From contig OY970208.1 in assembly GCA_963713865.1 (NCBI GenBank), positions 651,957 to 715,956 on the forward strand: a stretch of DNA of 64,000 nucleotides, written 5' to 3'. The notes under the pieces are model-generated. The model ran no database searches, was not told the origin of the DNA, and saw nothing but the letters and a program-made list of their open reading frames with translations. Positions 27,749-39,909 of the stretch are shown piece after piece; within the stretch, counting starts at the first letter, position 1; every line of letters begins with the position of its first letter. The DNA is from an uncultured candidate division Zixibacteria bacterium. GTDB taxonomy: Bacteria > Zixibacteria > MSB-5A5 > RBG-16-43-9. A program made the position numbers and the translations under genes.

Positions 27749-28864
27749 ATGAAGTTCACAATTTTAAAAAGTAAGCTCCTTTCTGCTCTTCAGGATATTG
27801 TCAATGTAGTTCCCAGTAAAACTACTTTGCCGGTTTTATCTCACCTGCTCTTAGAAACGGATGATTCCAAATTAAAATTAGCCGCTACAGACTTAGATAT
27901 ATCAATTGTAACTACCATACCGGCAAATGTGATAAAAAAAGGCGGGATAACTATTCCGGCTAAAACCTTAACTGATATAATCAGGGAATCACCCGAGACC
28001 CAGATAGAGATAAATACCACTGAAAACCGGATGGAGCTAAAGATCGATCAAGGTGTATATAAATTACCAGGCTTGCCAGTGGATGAGTTCCCTAAATTAC
28101 CAACGGTAAATCTATCCAAAGAGATAAAAATATCCGGTACAGATTTATGCCGGATGATAAGAAAAACCATCTTTGCTATTTCTATGGATGAAACCAGACC
28201 TGCTTTAAATGGTGTTCTGTGGCACACCAAAGGTGAAAATATGCAGATGGTAGCCACAGATGGTCACCGCTTAACAAAATTTTCCAGAGTAAATAAAAAA
28301 TTAAAAGGGTTACACGAAGATGTGATCGTACCACCGAAGATCTTAAATCTTTTACTCAGGTTAATCGGAGATCAGGATAAAGAGATTGGGGTGATTTTCG
28401 AGGAAAAAAATCTAATCTTCGATTTAGGGGATACGATTTTATCCACCCGGTTAATAGAAGGACCTTACCCGAACTTCGAACAGGTTATACCCAAGGATAA
28501 CGATAAAAAATTAATCGTGGATAAGGAGCTTTTAGCTTCAACCGTGAGAAGGGTTTCAATACTTTCAAATATGCTCACCCATCAGGTGAAATTCTCAATA
28601 AAAAAAGATAGTCTAGAGCTTTCTTCTGCCAACTTCGACCTGGGTGGAGAGGCCAAGGAGAAAATCCCCTGCGAATACAAAAACGATGAGATGGATATCG
28701 GTTATAATGCCCTTTACATTCAGGACGTCTTAAAACAGACCGATGGGGATGAGGTGGTTTTTGAGTTCTCCAGCCCGGTCTCAGCCGGTGTGGTCTATTC
28801 AACCCAGAAAAAAGAAGATGAAGATTATCTCTGCCTGATAATGCCCCTGAGGTTGGTGGAATAG
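27749..28864 (+). CDS. dnaN: DNA polymerase III beta sliding clamp DnaN
   Basis: 371 aa; three-domain clamp similarity; strong RBS AAGGAGG. Confidence 0.95.
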   Translation: MKFTILKSKLLSALQDIVNVVPSKTTLPVLSHLLLETDDSKLKLAATDLDISIVTTIPANVIKKGGITIPAKTLTDIIRESPETQIEINTTENRMELKIDQGVYKLPGLPVDEFPKLPTVNLSKEIKISGTDLCRMIRKTIFAISMDETRPALNGVLWHTKGENMQMVATDGHRLTKFSRVNKKLKGLHEDVIVPPKILNLLLRLIGDQDKEIGVIFEEKNLIFDLGDTILSTRLIEGPYPNFEQVIPKDNDKKLIVDKELLASTVRRVSILSNMLTHQVKFSIKKDSLELSSANFDLGGEAKEKIPCEYKNDEMDIGYNALYIQDVLKQTDGDEVVFEFSSPVSAGVVYSTQKKEDEDYLCLIMPLRLVE

Positions 28865-28902
28865 TCCCATTTTTTTCGAAATTATATTTTTATAAATTCC
28901 AA

Positions 28903-28956
28903 GGGGAAAGAGTTTTATTTCGTATATAATTAAAAATCTTTCCCCTTATTTTTCTT
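28903..28956 (+). terminator. possible intrinsic terminator after dnaN
   Basis: stem ggggaaaga ... tctttcccc followed by a T-rich tract; long loop. Confidence 0.35.
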
Positions 28957-29021
28957 TCAAAAAAAATCGTAAGTCCAAGAAAAATAGTTGCTTATTAAAA
29001 TCGTAGATATTATATTAAAAT

Positions 29022-29324
29022 ATGAAGATAAGGGATAAAAAAGGACCAGAAAGCCTGGGAGGAGTTCTTCAGAACCTCTTAAGGAACTTGGGATTAGAGA
29101 AAAGAATAAAGGAACAAGAGCTGGTTTTCAACTGGGATAAAATCGTCGGTGAGAAAATAGCAGATAAAGCTAAGGCGTATAAGATAGAAGGGAATAAACT
29201 TTTTGTCAGGGTTGAAAGCTCTTGCTGGAGGAATGAGCTTTTTTATCTTAAAAAAAGTATCATTGAAAAATTAAATCAGTCAGTAAAAAAAGAGATAGTA
29301 AAGGATATAATCTTCCTCAATTAA
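29022..29324 (+). CDS. dciA: DUF721 / DciA-like protein (putative replicative helicase loader)
   Basis: 100 aa; matches the DUF721 pattern (LGxxLxxLLxxLGLEKKxKEQEL...W..IVGE.IA......G.LFV.V.SS.W..EL); dnaN-gyrB neighbourhood; no recF present. Confidence 0.65.
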   Translation: MKIRDKKGPESLGGVLQNLLRNLGLEKRIKEQELVFNWDKIVGEKIADKAKAYKIEGNKLFVRVESSCWRNELFYLKKSIIEKLNQSVKKEIVKDIIFLN

Positions 29325-29395
29325 ATTTTTGATTATTATCTATTTTTGATATGGCGACCCAAAAAGAAACTTTTGAAAAACCAGAATTATCAAAG

Positions 29396-29515
29396 TGTCA
29401 TTCTGAGTCCCCGTAGGGGGCGAAGAATCTCCATATGAATCAAAGAGATTCTTCGGTCGCTACCCTCCCTCAGAATGACAGGGTGGATTTTCTCAACACA
29501 CCCTAAAGGATCGCG
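29396..29515. repeat. nested-palindrome repeat, H family (gtcattctgag...gacgaagaatc...gattcttcg...ctcagaatgac) with conserved flank
   Basis: near-identical to copies at 199-330 and 59927-60054. Confidence 0.85.
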
Positions 29516-29543
29516 CTACGAAAAGACCGGAAGAAGTAGGTAG

Positions 29544-31514
<1,971 letters not shown>

Positions 31515-31568
31515 TTTGGTAGGGGCACGTTGCAACGTGCCATTACTACGTTTCGTTAAAGAAATATT

Positions 31569-32150
31569 ATGCAATACATTTTAATTCCATTAGTAACAAT
31601 TGCCATTATAATAGTAGTAGTTTCAGTTACATTTTGTTTATCCGTCTCGGAAATTGTTCAGCTTGTAGTAGCAGGTGCTACGCTTCTTTTAGCAATTGCA
31701 GCATTCAAAAGTAGTAAGGAAAGCGAAAGACAGTTTATGAGGAGTAAATCACCTGTACTGAAGATAGATTTGAAAAAATGGAATGGATTATCGTCATATC
31801 AAGATAAAGATGGAAAAGAATTTTTCTGTGATAACGCCTTACTTATTATTAAAAATGTGGGCTTTGCATCAACTTTTAATATAAAAATTGTTTGCAAAAG
31901 GGTAGATAAGATATATGAGGTGGATTTAGGAAATAAGCTGTCTTGTTTTGACTTGGAACAATCGGAGAATAAACAAATAAAATGCTCTTGTTCTGAGTTA
32001 ACTAGAGAACATTTGGAAAAACCAATTAATATAGAGACAGTATATATTGGTATTCTGGGAAATAAGTTGAGACAAAACTTTGAATTACCAATACAGCACG
32101 AAGGAGAATATGTAACAGCCTTGAAAACTTATTTGGATTTTGGTGTTTAG
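31569..32150 (+). CDS. hypothetical membrane-anchored protein inserted between gyrB and gyrA
   Basis: 193 aa; N-terminal TM helix; AT-rich and Lys-rich composition unlike its neighbours. Confidence 0.5.
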   Translation: MQYILIPLVTIAIIIVVVSVTFCLSVSEIVQLVVAGATLLLAIAAFKSSKESERQFMRSKSPVLKIDLKKWNGLSSYQDKDGKEFFCDNALLIIKNVGFASTFNIKIVCKRVDKIYEVDLGNKLSCFDLEQSENKQIKCSCSELTREHLEKPINIETVYIGILGNKLRQNFELPIQHEGEYVTALKTYLDFGV

Positions 32151-32156
32151 TACATA

Positions 32157-34664
32157 TTGATATGGTCAATGCACTCCATAAAATATAATATGCCCCTTGA
32201 AAGAGAAAAAGTAGTTCCGGTCCTTTTAGAAGAGGAGATGAAATCCTCCTATATCGACTATTCTATGTCGGTAATCACTGCCCGGGCTCTGCCGGATGTC
32301 AGGGATGGGCTGAAACCCTCTAATCGCCGGATCTTAGTAGCGATGAACGATCTGAATTTAGCCCCGGGCAGACCTCATCGTAAATGTGCCAAGATAGCAG
32401 GTGATACTTCAGGTAATTATCATCCTCACGGTGAGCAGGTGGTCTACCCCACTTTAGTCCGTATGGCTCAGGATTTCAATATGAGATATACTTTAGTCGA
32501 TGGACAGGGTAATTTTGGCTCCATCGACGGGGATGCACCAGCAGCGATGAGATATACAGAGGCGAGGTTTACCCCTTTTGCTATGGAGGTACTGGCTGAT
32601 TTAGAGAAAGATACTGTCAATTTCGTCCCTAACTATGATGGGACCAGAAATGAACCGGTAGTTTTACCTTCTAAATTCCCGAATCTAATCTGCAACGGCT
32701 CCTCCGGGATTGCAGTTGGAATGGCGACCAATATCCCCACTCATAATCTTTCAGAAGTAGTAGATGCTTTAGTATCTTTAATCGATGACCCGGAATTAGA
32801 AGATGAAAAGCTTTTAAAATATATCCAGGGACCTGATTTTCCCACCGGTGGTATCATTTACGGCAGGAGCGGGATAAAAGAATATTTTAGAACCGGAAGA
32901 GGTCGCCTGGTCTTAAGGGCAAGGGCAAATATTGAAAGGCAGAAATCCGGTAAAGAGAGTATCATTGTCACCGAGATTCCTTATCAGATAAATAAAGCCA
33001 ACCTCTTAGAGAAGATAGCGGATTTAGTCACAAATAAAGTCATAGAGGGGATCTCAGATTTAAGGGATGAGTCTGACCGGGAAGGGATGAGGATAGTAAT
33101 AGAGCTGAAAAAGGAAACCCCGGCTGAGATAACCTTGAACCAGCTCTTTAAGCTGACCCAGATGCAGTCAACCTTCGGGGTGATAATGTTAGCCTTAGTG
33201 GATGGGGTGCCTAAGGTTTTAAATCTAAAAGAGCTTCTCATTTTATTTATAGAACACCGGCATACAGTCATAATCCGCAGGACAAAATACGAGCTTGCTC
33301 AGGCAGAACACAGAGCGCATATACTTGAAGGTTTGAAGATTGCCCTGGAGAATATAGATGCGGTTATAAAACTGATCAAATCCTCAAAAGACCCGGCTGA
33401 GGCTAAAGATGGTTTAATGAAGAAGTTCAATATGACGGAGATTCAAGCCCAGGCTATACTGGATATGAGACTGCAGAGGCTTACCGGCCTGGAAAGAAAA
33501 AAAGTTGAAGAGGAATATTTAGAGTTAATTAAACTGATTGCTACCCTGAAAGGGATATTGGAAAGTAAAGCTAAGAGGATGAATATCATTAAAGAGGAGC
33601 TTTTGGCTTTAAAGAAAAACTTTGGGGATCTAAGGAGGACTGAGATCCGGGAAGAGGAGGAGGAGTTCACCATAGAAGACCTGATCGCCGAAGAAGATAT
33701 GGTGATCACTGTTACCCATTATGGATATATAAAGAGACTGGGCATTGATGCTTACAGGAGACAGGGTCGTGGTGGCAAGGGGGTTATCGGTATAGAGACC
33801 AGGGAAGAGGATTTTGTGGAGCATCTTTTTATCGCTTCAACTCATGATTATATCCTCTTCTTTACCAATATCGGGAAATGCCACTGGCTTAAAGTTCACG
33901 AGATCCCGGTTGGTGGAAAGGTTACCAAAGGTAAATCGATTACCAACCTTCTGGATTTAGCTGAAGGGGAGAGGATAAGAGCTTTTGCACCGGTTAAGGA
34001 GTTTGTTGAGAACCGCTATGTGGTGATGTCGACTAAAAAAGGGACCATCAAAAAAACCGAGCTTTCTGCCTTTTCAAACCCGCGAAGGGGTGGGATTAAT
34101 GCTATAAATATTGACGAAGGGGATGAGCTGATTGAGGCGACCATAACTGATGGAACCTGCGATATAGTTTTAGGGACAAAAGAAGGTTTGGCTATAAGAT
34201 TCCCTGAAGATAAGGTTAGAAGTATGGGTAGGACAGCTTATGGGGTTAAGGGAATCTCCCTGCGGGGGAAAGCCGATAAAAGCCTTACGGCTCGTAGAGA
34301 TGAGGTCGTAGGGATGGTGGTGATAAAGAGGGATGCAACATTACTGGTAGTAACTGAAAACGGTTTTGGCAAGAGGACTCCAATTTCCGATTACCGGGTA
34401 ACTAACAGGGGTGGTAAGGGGGTTATAAATGTTAAGACTTCTGAAAGAAACGGTAAAGTTGTGGCAATAAAAGAGGTTTTGGAAGATGACGAGCTGATGA
34501 TTATAACCGAGAAGGGGATTATAATAAGACAGCCAGTAAAACAGATTAAAGAGATTGGGAGAAATACCCAGGGGGTTAAGCTGATTAATCTGGATGAAGG
34601 GGATAGGGTGGTGGATGTGGCACGGGTAGTTAAGAGCGAAGAAGAAAGTTCAAACGTTCAATAA
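32157..34664 (+). CDS. gyrA: DNA gyrase subunit A
   Basis: 835 aa; active-site region AMRYTEARFT; C-terminal beta-pinwheel repeats; the true start is possibly the downstream Met (MPLERE...). Confidence 0.95.
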   Translation: MIWSMHSIKYNMPLEREKVVPVLLEEEMKSSYIDYSMSVITARALPDVRDGLKPSNRRILVAMNDLNLAPGRPHRKCAKIAGDTSGNYHPHGEQVVYPTLVRMAQDFNMRYTLVDGQGNFGSIDGDAPAAMRYTEARFTPFAMEVLADLEKDTVNFVPNYDGTRNEPVVLPSKFPNLICNGSSGIAVGMATNIPTHNLSEVVDALVSLIDDPELEDEKLLKYIQGPDFPTGGIIYGRSGIKEYFRTGRGRLVLRARANIERQKSGKESIIVTEIPYQINKANLLEKIADLVTNKVIEGISDLRDESDREGMRIVIELKKETPAEITLNQLFKLTQMQSTFGVIMLALVDGVPKVLNLKELLILFIEHRHTVIIRRTKYELAQAEHRAHILEGLKIALENIDAVIKLIKSSKDPAEAKDGLMKKFNMTEIQAQAILDMRLQRLTGLERKKVEEEYLELIKLIATLKGILESKAKRMNIIKEELLALKKNFGDLRRTEIREEEEEFTIEDLIAEEDMVITVTHYGYIKRLGIDAYRRQGRGGKGVIGIETREEDFVEHLFIASTHDYILFFTNIGKCHWLKVHEIPVGGKVTKGKSITNLLDLAEGERIRAFAPVKEFVENRYVVMSTKKGTIKKTELSAFSNPRRGGINAINIDEGDELIEATITDGTCDIVLGTKEGLAIRFPEDKVRSMGRTAYGVKGISLRGKADKSLTARRDEVVGMVVIKRDATLLVVTENGFGKRTPISDYRVTNRGGKGVINVKTSERNGKVVAIKEVLEDDELMIITEKGIIIRQPVKQIKEIGRNTQGVKLINLDEGDRVVDVARVVKSEEESSNVQ

Positions 34665-34729
34665 TTCAAAAGTTTAAAAGAATAAATTATTAATAGACTC
34701 GCCTTGCCCTCAAGGCGGGGGAAATGTAG

Positions 34730-34760
34730 AGTCCGGGTTTATCCCGGACGTTTTTTTTTC
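34730..34760 (+). terminator. intrinsic terminator after gyrA
   Basis: hairpin gtccgggtttatcccggac followed by T9. Confidence 0.7.
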
Positions 34761-34881
34761 GTAGAGCGACCCTTTTAGGGTCGCCTCTACGAAAAAACTC
34801 CAAACTGTATTTCAGAGGCGGAACTGGTTGAAAACTATTTTTGATTTGTCAAACAGTCCGCCCAAGGCGGACATGCTTAAC

Positions 34882-35381
34882 CTACGAGCTGCGGTCGTCA
34901 TAAATTTTTTGTAATAGATGAACATCCAAAAGTTTCCCAAATTTTCGACCAACTTCCCTCATAATTCCTATGTGCTCAAAATCCACCGATTCGTGAAGAT
35001 GAATACTTGCTTTTCCATCCTCAGCCACTCTAGCTATTACTGTATGGAGGCCTACTTTTTGACCTTCCTGCATAATTGCTTCCAAAAGCTTCTTCCCAAT
35101 TCCCTTGCCTTGAAATTCTTCCTTAACATAGAGTGAAATTTCAGCAGTATCAGAATATGCACATCTATCAGACCATTTGCTTAAAGACACCCAACCACAA
35201 GACCGTTCTCCTCTGCAACTAATATGGGATACTTAGTGCCATGATTTGAAAACCATGCACTCTGTTCCTTAAGAGTTTTAGGCTGGGTGTCGAAGGTGGC
35301 TACTGTTCTAACAATAGCTTCATTGTATATCTCTGTAATTCGATCCAGATCCTTTAGTTCCGCCTTCCTAATTCTCAGCAT
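34882..35381 (-). pseudogene. GNAT N-acetyltransferase (phosphinothricin/MnaT-like) split by a frameshift into 66-aa and 102-aa ORFs
   Basis: ORFs 35181..35381 and 34882..35190 overlap out of frame; together they cover a full GNAT (…PILVAEENGLVVGCL | SLSKWSDRCAYSDTAEISLYV…QGKGIGKKLL). Confidence 0.6.
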
Positions 35382-35739
35382 ATATACTCTTTAGATGATT
35401 TTAGTCCGCCAGAAGCGGAGATGGTTGACAACCATTTTTGATTGTCAAGCAGGCTAAGCCATACTTGATCTACAAGCTGTCTGTTCCTTTGTATTTGAAC
35501 TCAGATTGTCCGTTCGGCTGAGCTCACGATGAAGCCCTCTCCTAAAAGGAGAGAAGAAATTAAGTAGGGGTGGGGTCACCCCGCCCTTTGGCGGGTCGCC
35601 ACTACGAAAATATTGTAAGGACAGAACATTGTTCTGTCCCTACGCTGATTTGTCATTGCGTTCCCGTAGGGGGACTTCTTGCAATGACCAGATTTTCATA
35701 GGGGCGTATTGCAATACGCCCCTACCTTTTGTTCCATAA

Positions 35740-36735
35740 TTAAAAATGTCTATAACCGGTTTTCTTCAAATTTCTGATTTTACCATCCTGATTTAAAATC
35801 TTAACCCCTTCCTCTTTTCTCTTAATCTCTCCTATTAAGCTAACCTGAAATTTACCCTGAGTAATTTTTCTTAGCTTCTCTTGTTCCTCTGGGCTTAAGG
35901 TGAAAAGAAGCTCGTATTCCTCTCCTGAGCTTAAAGCTAAATTTAGAGGTGAAAGGTTTAAAAGCTTACAAGCCTCTCTCGTTTTCTGGCTAACAGGAAT
36001 TTTGTCAGCAGAGATTAAAGCTCCCTTATTGCTCTCCTCGCAGATATGATATAGATCAGAAGAAAGCCCGTCGCTAATATCGATCATCGAGGTTACCTTC
36101 AAGTTCTTCACTAAAAGCCTGCTTTCCTCTATCCTCGGATAAGGGGTAAGATGTTTTTTTATAATGGAGCTATTAAATGGGATTTTATTCTTTGAGGATT
36201 TTTTCAAAAATCTTAATCCAGCCTCAGCTTCCCCCAAATCACCTGTCACGCAGATTAAATCCCCGACTTTTGCACCTGACCTGGTCTTAAACAGATTTTT
36301 TTCAACCTCTCCTAAGAGTGATATGGTTATCACTAAAGACTTAGATGAGAAAATATCTCCTCCTACAACCGGGCACTTGAATCTTGAAGATAGGGTTTTC
36401 AGTCCGGAATAGAGCTTCAGAATATCTTCAACTTTTGTTCTTGATGAAACCCCCAAGGAAATTATCCCGGCTAAGGGAATCCCTCCCATAGCGGCAATAT
36501 CGGATAGATTTGCAGCTATACTTTTCCAGCCCACATCTCTGTAAGAACAATATTTTAAGTCGAAATGGACTTTCTCCATCAGGGTATCGGTGGTGAAAAC
36601 CAAGAGTTTATTTTTTGAGTATCTGAGGACCGCCGCATCATCCCCGATATTTAAAACAACTCTTTTGTCCCTGGTATAGATTTTCTTTCGGATTAAATCA
36701 ATCAGCCCGAACTCGCCTATATTTTTTAATTCCAT
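35740..36735 (-). CDS. thiL: thiamine-monophosphate kinase ThiL
   Basis: 331 aa; N-terminal GEFGLIDLI...IGDDAAVL signature of ThiL/AIR-synthase-related fold. Confidence 0.8.
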   Translation of the reverse strand: MELKNIGEFGLIDLIRKKIYTRDKRVVLNIGDDAAVLRYSKNKLLVFTTDTLMEKVHFDLKYCSYRDVGWKSIAANLSDIAAMGGIPLAGIISLGVSSRTKVEDILKLYSGLKTLSSRFKCPVVGGDIFSSKSLVITISLLGEVEKNLFKTRSGAKVGDLICVTGDLGEAEAGLRFLKKSSKNKIPFNSSIIKKHLTPYPRIEESRLLVKNLKVTSMIDISDGLSSDLYHICEESNKGALISADKIPVSQKTREACKLLNLSPLNLALSSGEEYELLFTLSPEEQEKLRKITQGKFQVSLIGEIKRKEEGVKILNQDGKIRNLKKTGYRHF

Positions 36736-36749
36736 TTTTCAGTTTCCCT

Positions 36750-36975
36750 CGTTGTCACAGGAGTAACAACGCTACCATCATTTCCTCCTGTAGCGTCCTC
36801 ACTCCTGTCCTCCGGATCCGCTCCTAAGGATGAAGACGACTGTATTTCTCCTCCTTTGATGGCCGATAAAAGCTTTACGGCTCGTAGAGGAGGGGATAAA
36901 GGGGAGGGTGATTCCAAAATACCTTTATATTTACCCCTCTCCTTAATCCTCTTCCACAAGGGAAGAGGAAAATAT
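36750..36975. repeat. composite GC-rich hairpin repeat, P family (…gataaaagctttacgg…cgtagaggagggg…ggggagggtga…ccctctcc…ggaagagg)
   Basis: shares modules with 1393-1612, 3470-3640 and 59150-59345; ORF 36726..36959 is an artefact of this repeat. Confidence 0.8.
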
Positions 36976-37017
36976 CTTCTGCTATGCTGTTAATCATACA
37001 ACGTTATAATCTTTTTA

Positions 37018-38505
37018 CTAATCTATCCTTAAAGGATTATTCCAGTAAAATCTGGTTGCACCTCTTTCAGTCCCAAACCAGATATAATCCCCATCTAAAA
37101 GCAGTGTTTGAATGTTGTTGTCCAGAAGCCCATCCTCTTTATAATACCCCTTCCAGATATTATTTTGCTTATCCAATCTCCATGCCCCCATAATCGTCCC
37201 TACCCAAAGATATTTATCATCGCAGACCAGTTTAGTAACCTCTATACCAGGATAATTAACTGGTGATTGGTAAATCTTCCTGTTCTTGTTAACAAGATCT
37301 ACACTTACGACTGCATCCCTGGTTCCAAACCACAGCTCATCTTTATATTTGTAAATGGACTTTACCTCCTGATTCAAAATCCCTTCAGGAATATTAAAGG
37401 GAATCACCTCTCCTGATTTCTTATTCAGCTGAAAAGCTCCCCTATCCGTTCCTATCCAGATAAAGTTTGAATCCTTCTCAATCGAATAGATGTAAGCACC
37501 TTTAATTAATTGATCTTTTATCCGGGCAACTGTGTCTCTTTTAGCTAAATATAAATTTAGCCCCGACCGTGTTCCAATCCAGAGTAATCCCTGGTCGGAC
37601 TTCAAAGCTGTAACATCATTATCCCAGAGCCCCTTGAAACTATCATAAGTTTTCCATCGATTTTTCTTCTTATCATAACGCAAAAGTCCCCTGTCAGTTC
37701 CAAACCAGACATATTGAGAATCTTTTTCCATACAGGTAATATTTCTGTTCGCCAGCTCTATTATAGAGGTAGAAACAAAATAATCCCAAACTCCCTCTTT
37801 ACGGTTATATCTGCTTATTCCGTTCTCTCTCTGGAGAAAACTTTCACCCCCGAAAAAAAGATTATCCCCATCTATGATCAGAGCCTTGACATCCTGATTA
37901 AAAAGCCCGGTTTTAAACACTTTAAGTTCTAAATAGCGGGGAGAGCCCAATCCCACATTCAACCCCCAGGTCCCTATCCACAGGTTTCCCCATTCATCAA
38001 AAAGGTAATCTGTGACTTTATACCTATTCAGATAAAGATCGGTGATGTAACCTTCCGGGTAAAAATAATAACCGAAATCCATAAAGAAGGATGGAAAAAC
38101 GAAATTGGAGGAATCTCTATGCACCAACTCGTAAGGGAAATCACTTTCAGTATAAAATTCCTGAAAAGCTGGAATATAACTGCAGACTCCGGAATAGGTT
38201 TTAAAATAAAGTTCATTTCTCTGGGGGTCATAAGCTATCTTTTCCACCCGGTTATCCAGGAGACCATCGCTTTCAGTTAAAGGCTCCACCCATTTGTCAG
38301 CAAAAAAATCATACATGGAGACTCCGCCCGTGGTTCCAAAGTAAATAAAGTTGAAATCTTTCTCGATGCAGTTCACATATCTTAAAACCGTATAGCTTTT
38401 CCAGTCTCCTGGACGATAAGGAGGCTTGGCATAGGAAGAAATAGAAAAGAGTAGGATTAATAAAATGGATAAAACAAATAAAGTTATGATTTTCTTGTTT
38501 TTCAT
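37018..38505 (-). CDS. secreted two-component-regulator-propeller (Reg_prop) repeat protein
   Basis: 495 aa; signal peptide; repeated WIGTxxGL / WFGTxxG beta-propeller motifs. Confidence 0.7.
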   Translation of the reverse strand: MKNKKIITLFVLSILLILLFSISSYAKPPYRPGDWKSYTVLRYVNCIEKDFNFIYFGTTGGVSMYDFFADKWVEPLTESDGLLDNRVEKIAYDPQRNELYFKTYSGVCSYIPAFQEFYTESDFPYELVHRDSSNFVFPSFFMDFGYYFYPEGYITDLYLNRYKVTDYLFDEWGNLWIGTWGLNVGLGSPRYLELKVFKTGLFNQDVKALIIDGDNLFFGGESFLQRENGISRYNRKEGVWDYFVSTSIIELANRNITCMEKDSQYVWFGTDRGLLRYDKKKNRWKTYDSFKGLWDNDVTALKSDQGLLWIGTRSGLNLYLAKRDTVARIKDQLIKGAYIYSIEKDSNFIWIGTDRGAFQLNKKSGEVIPFNIPEGILNQEVKSIYKYKDELWFGTRDAVVSVDLVNKNRKIYQSPVNYPGIEVTKLVCDDKYLWVGTIMGAWRLDKQNNIWKGYYKEDGLLDNNIQTLLLDGDYIWFGTERGATRFYWNNPLRID

Positions 38506-38594
38506 ATAGCTTGGCGGGCAAGGGTGCCCGTCTTACGAGTCATAAAAGGGGTAAAATCGTAGGCAGGGCTCCCAGCCCTGCAAATAAAAATATT

Positions 38595-39890
38595 TTAAAA
38601 ACCTCTCAAAAAATCAAAAACCACCTGAGCCAACAAGCTTGAACCTATATAAATTCCCTCCTCATCTACTTTCCATTTAGGATGGTGCCAGGGATAGACT
38701 GCCCCGATTTTTTCATTTCTGATTCCCAGTCTTATAAACGAACCTTGAACCTCTCTTAAATAATAGGCAAAATCCTCAGCCCCCATCATCGGCTCTTTGA
38801 TCTCGTGAATTGCCTCTTTGCCGAATAAGTCAGTAATTGAACCCCTGACCAGGTCTGTCATAACTATATCATTTATCAAAACCGGATAGCCATAATTATA
38901 TCTCAGTTCAAAATCAGCACCATAACCTTTGGCAACACCTGCGACGATCTCTTTTATCAGGGCTGGTATTTTTCTGGTAATGGATTTCTCTAAAGTTCTG
39001 GCAGTTCCTTTTAAAACCACCTTATCGCAGATTATATTTCTGGCAGTTCCGCCTTCGATTACCCCTACACTTACAACCACTGGTTTTAAGGGGCTAATTC
39101 TCCGGCTGGGAATAGTCTGCAATGCCTGAATAACCGCTGAGGCAACTACAATTGCATCCACTCCATCCTGGGGTTTGGCACCATGCCCTCCTTTGCCGAT
39201 TATGGTAATATCAAAATCATCTGCTTCTGCCATCATCGGACCATTTTTTACACCAATTTTCCCAACCGGGATATTGGAATCACAATGTAAGCCGAATATC
39301 CCATCAACTTCAGGATTTTTAAGCACCCCAGCTTTAATCATCGGATAGGCACCACCTGGAGTTGCCTCTTCACTCGGCTGAAAAATAAATTTTACCTTTC
39401 CCGGCAGTTCATCTTTTAAACTCGATAAAATTTTAGCAGCCCCTATAACACAAGACATATGCACATCATGTCCACAGGCATGCATCTTTCCAGAAATCTT
39501 AGATTTGTAAGGAAGACCAGTCAACTCCGTGACCGGCAGGGCATCAATATCCGCCCGCAGTGCAACAGTTTTACCCTTTTTATTTCTATTCAATAACCCA
39601 ACCACACCCGTCTTAGCCACACCCTTTTTAATATCCAGACCAATCTTTTGAAGCTCCCGAACGATAATCTCTGAAGTTTTAAATTCCGTATAGGCAACTT
39701 CAGGATACTGATGAAGCTCCCTTCTCAGTTTAACCAATGAGGGGAAAAACTCTTCAGATAGATTTTTTATTTTTTCTTCAATCTTCATTCTATAACTCCT
39801 CCAGAAAGAGTAATTGGAGTGTAAAGCTTTAGCTTTACCTTTTGGCAAACCTAAGGGTTCGCACTCCAAAATCTTTTTAACATACCTCAA
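38595..39890 (-). CDS. M20 family amidohydrolase (N-acyl-L-amino-acid amidohydrolase-like)
   Basis: 431 aa; HACGHDVH metal-binding motif. Confidence 0.8.
   Translation of the reverse strand: MRYVKKILECEPLGLPKGKAKALHSNYSFWRSYRMKIEEKIKNLSEEFFPSLVKLRRELHQYPEVAYTEFKTSEIIVRELQKIGLDIKKGVAKTGVVGLLNRNKKGKTVALRADIDALPVTELTGLPYKSKISGKMHACGHDVHMSCVIGAAKILSSLKDELPGKVKFIFQPSEEATPGGAYPMIKAGVLKNPEVDGIFGLHCDSNIPVGKIGVKNGPMMAEADDFDITIIGKGGHGAKPQDGVDAIVVASAVIQALQTIPSRRISPLKPVVVSVGVIEGGTARNIICDKVVLKGTARTLEKSITRKIPALIKEIVAGVAKGYGADFELRYNYGYPVLINDIVMTDLVRGSITDLFGKEAIHEIKEPMMGAEDFAYYLREVQGSFIRLGIRNEKIGAVYPWHHPKWKVDEEGIYIGSSLLAQVVFDFLRGF
39823..39888. repeat. hairpin repeat, T family (tggagtgtaaagc…gctttac…cgcactccaaaatc)
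   Basis: related copies at 300-345, 47070-47135, 51229-51300 and 63815-63950. Confidence 0.65.
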
Positions 39891-39909
39891 TCTCAGCCGA
39901 TTTGGTTTA

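Noticed and set aside
36726-36959. 77-aa ORF (Pro/Ser/Gly-rich) in the track
   Set aside because: It lies entirely within a P-family GC-rich repeat. Its composition reflects the repeat, with no SD or sequence conservation expected of a gene.
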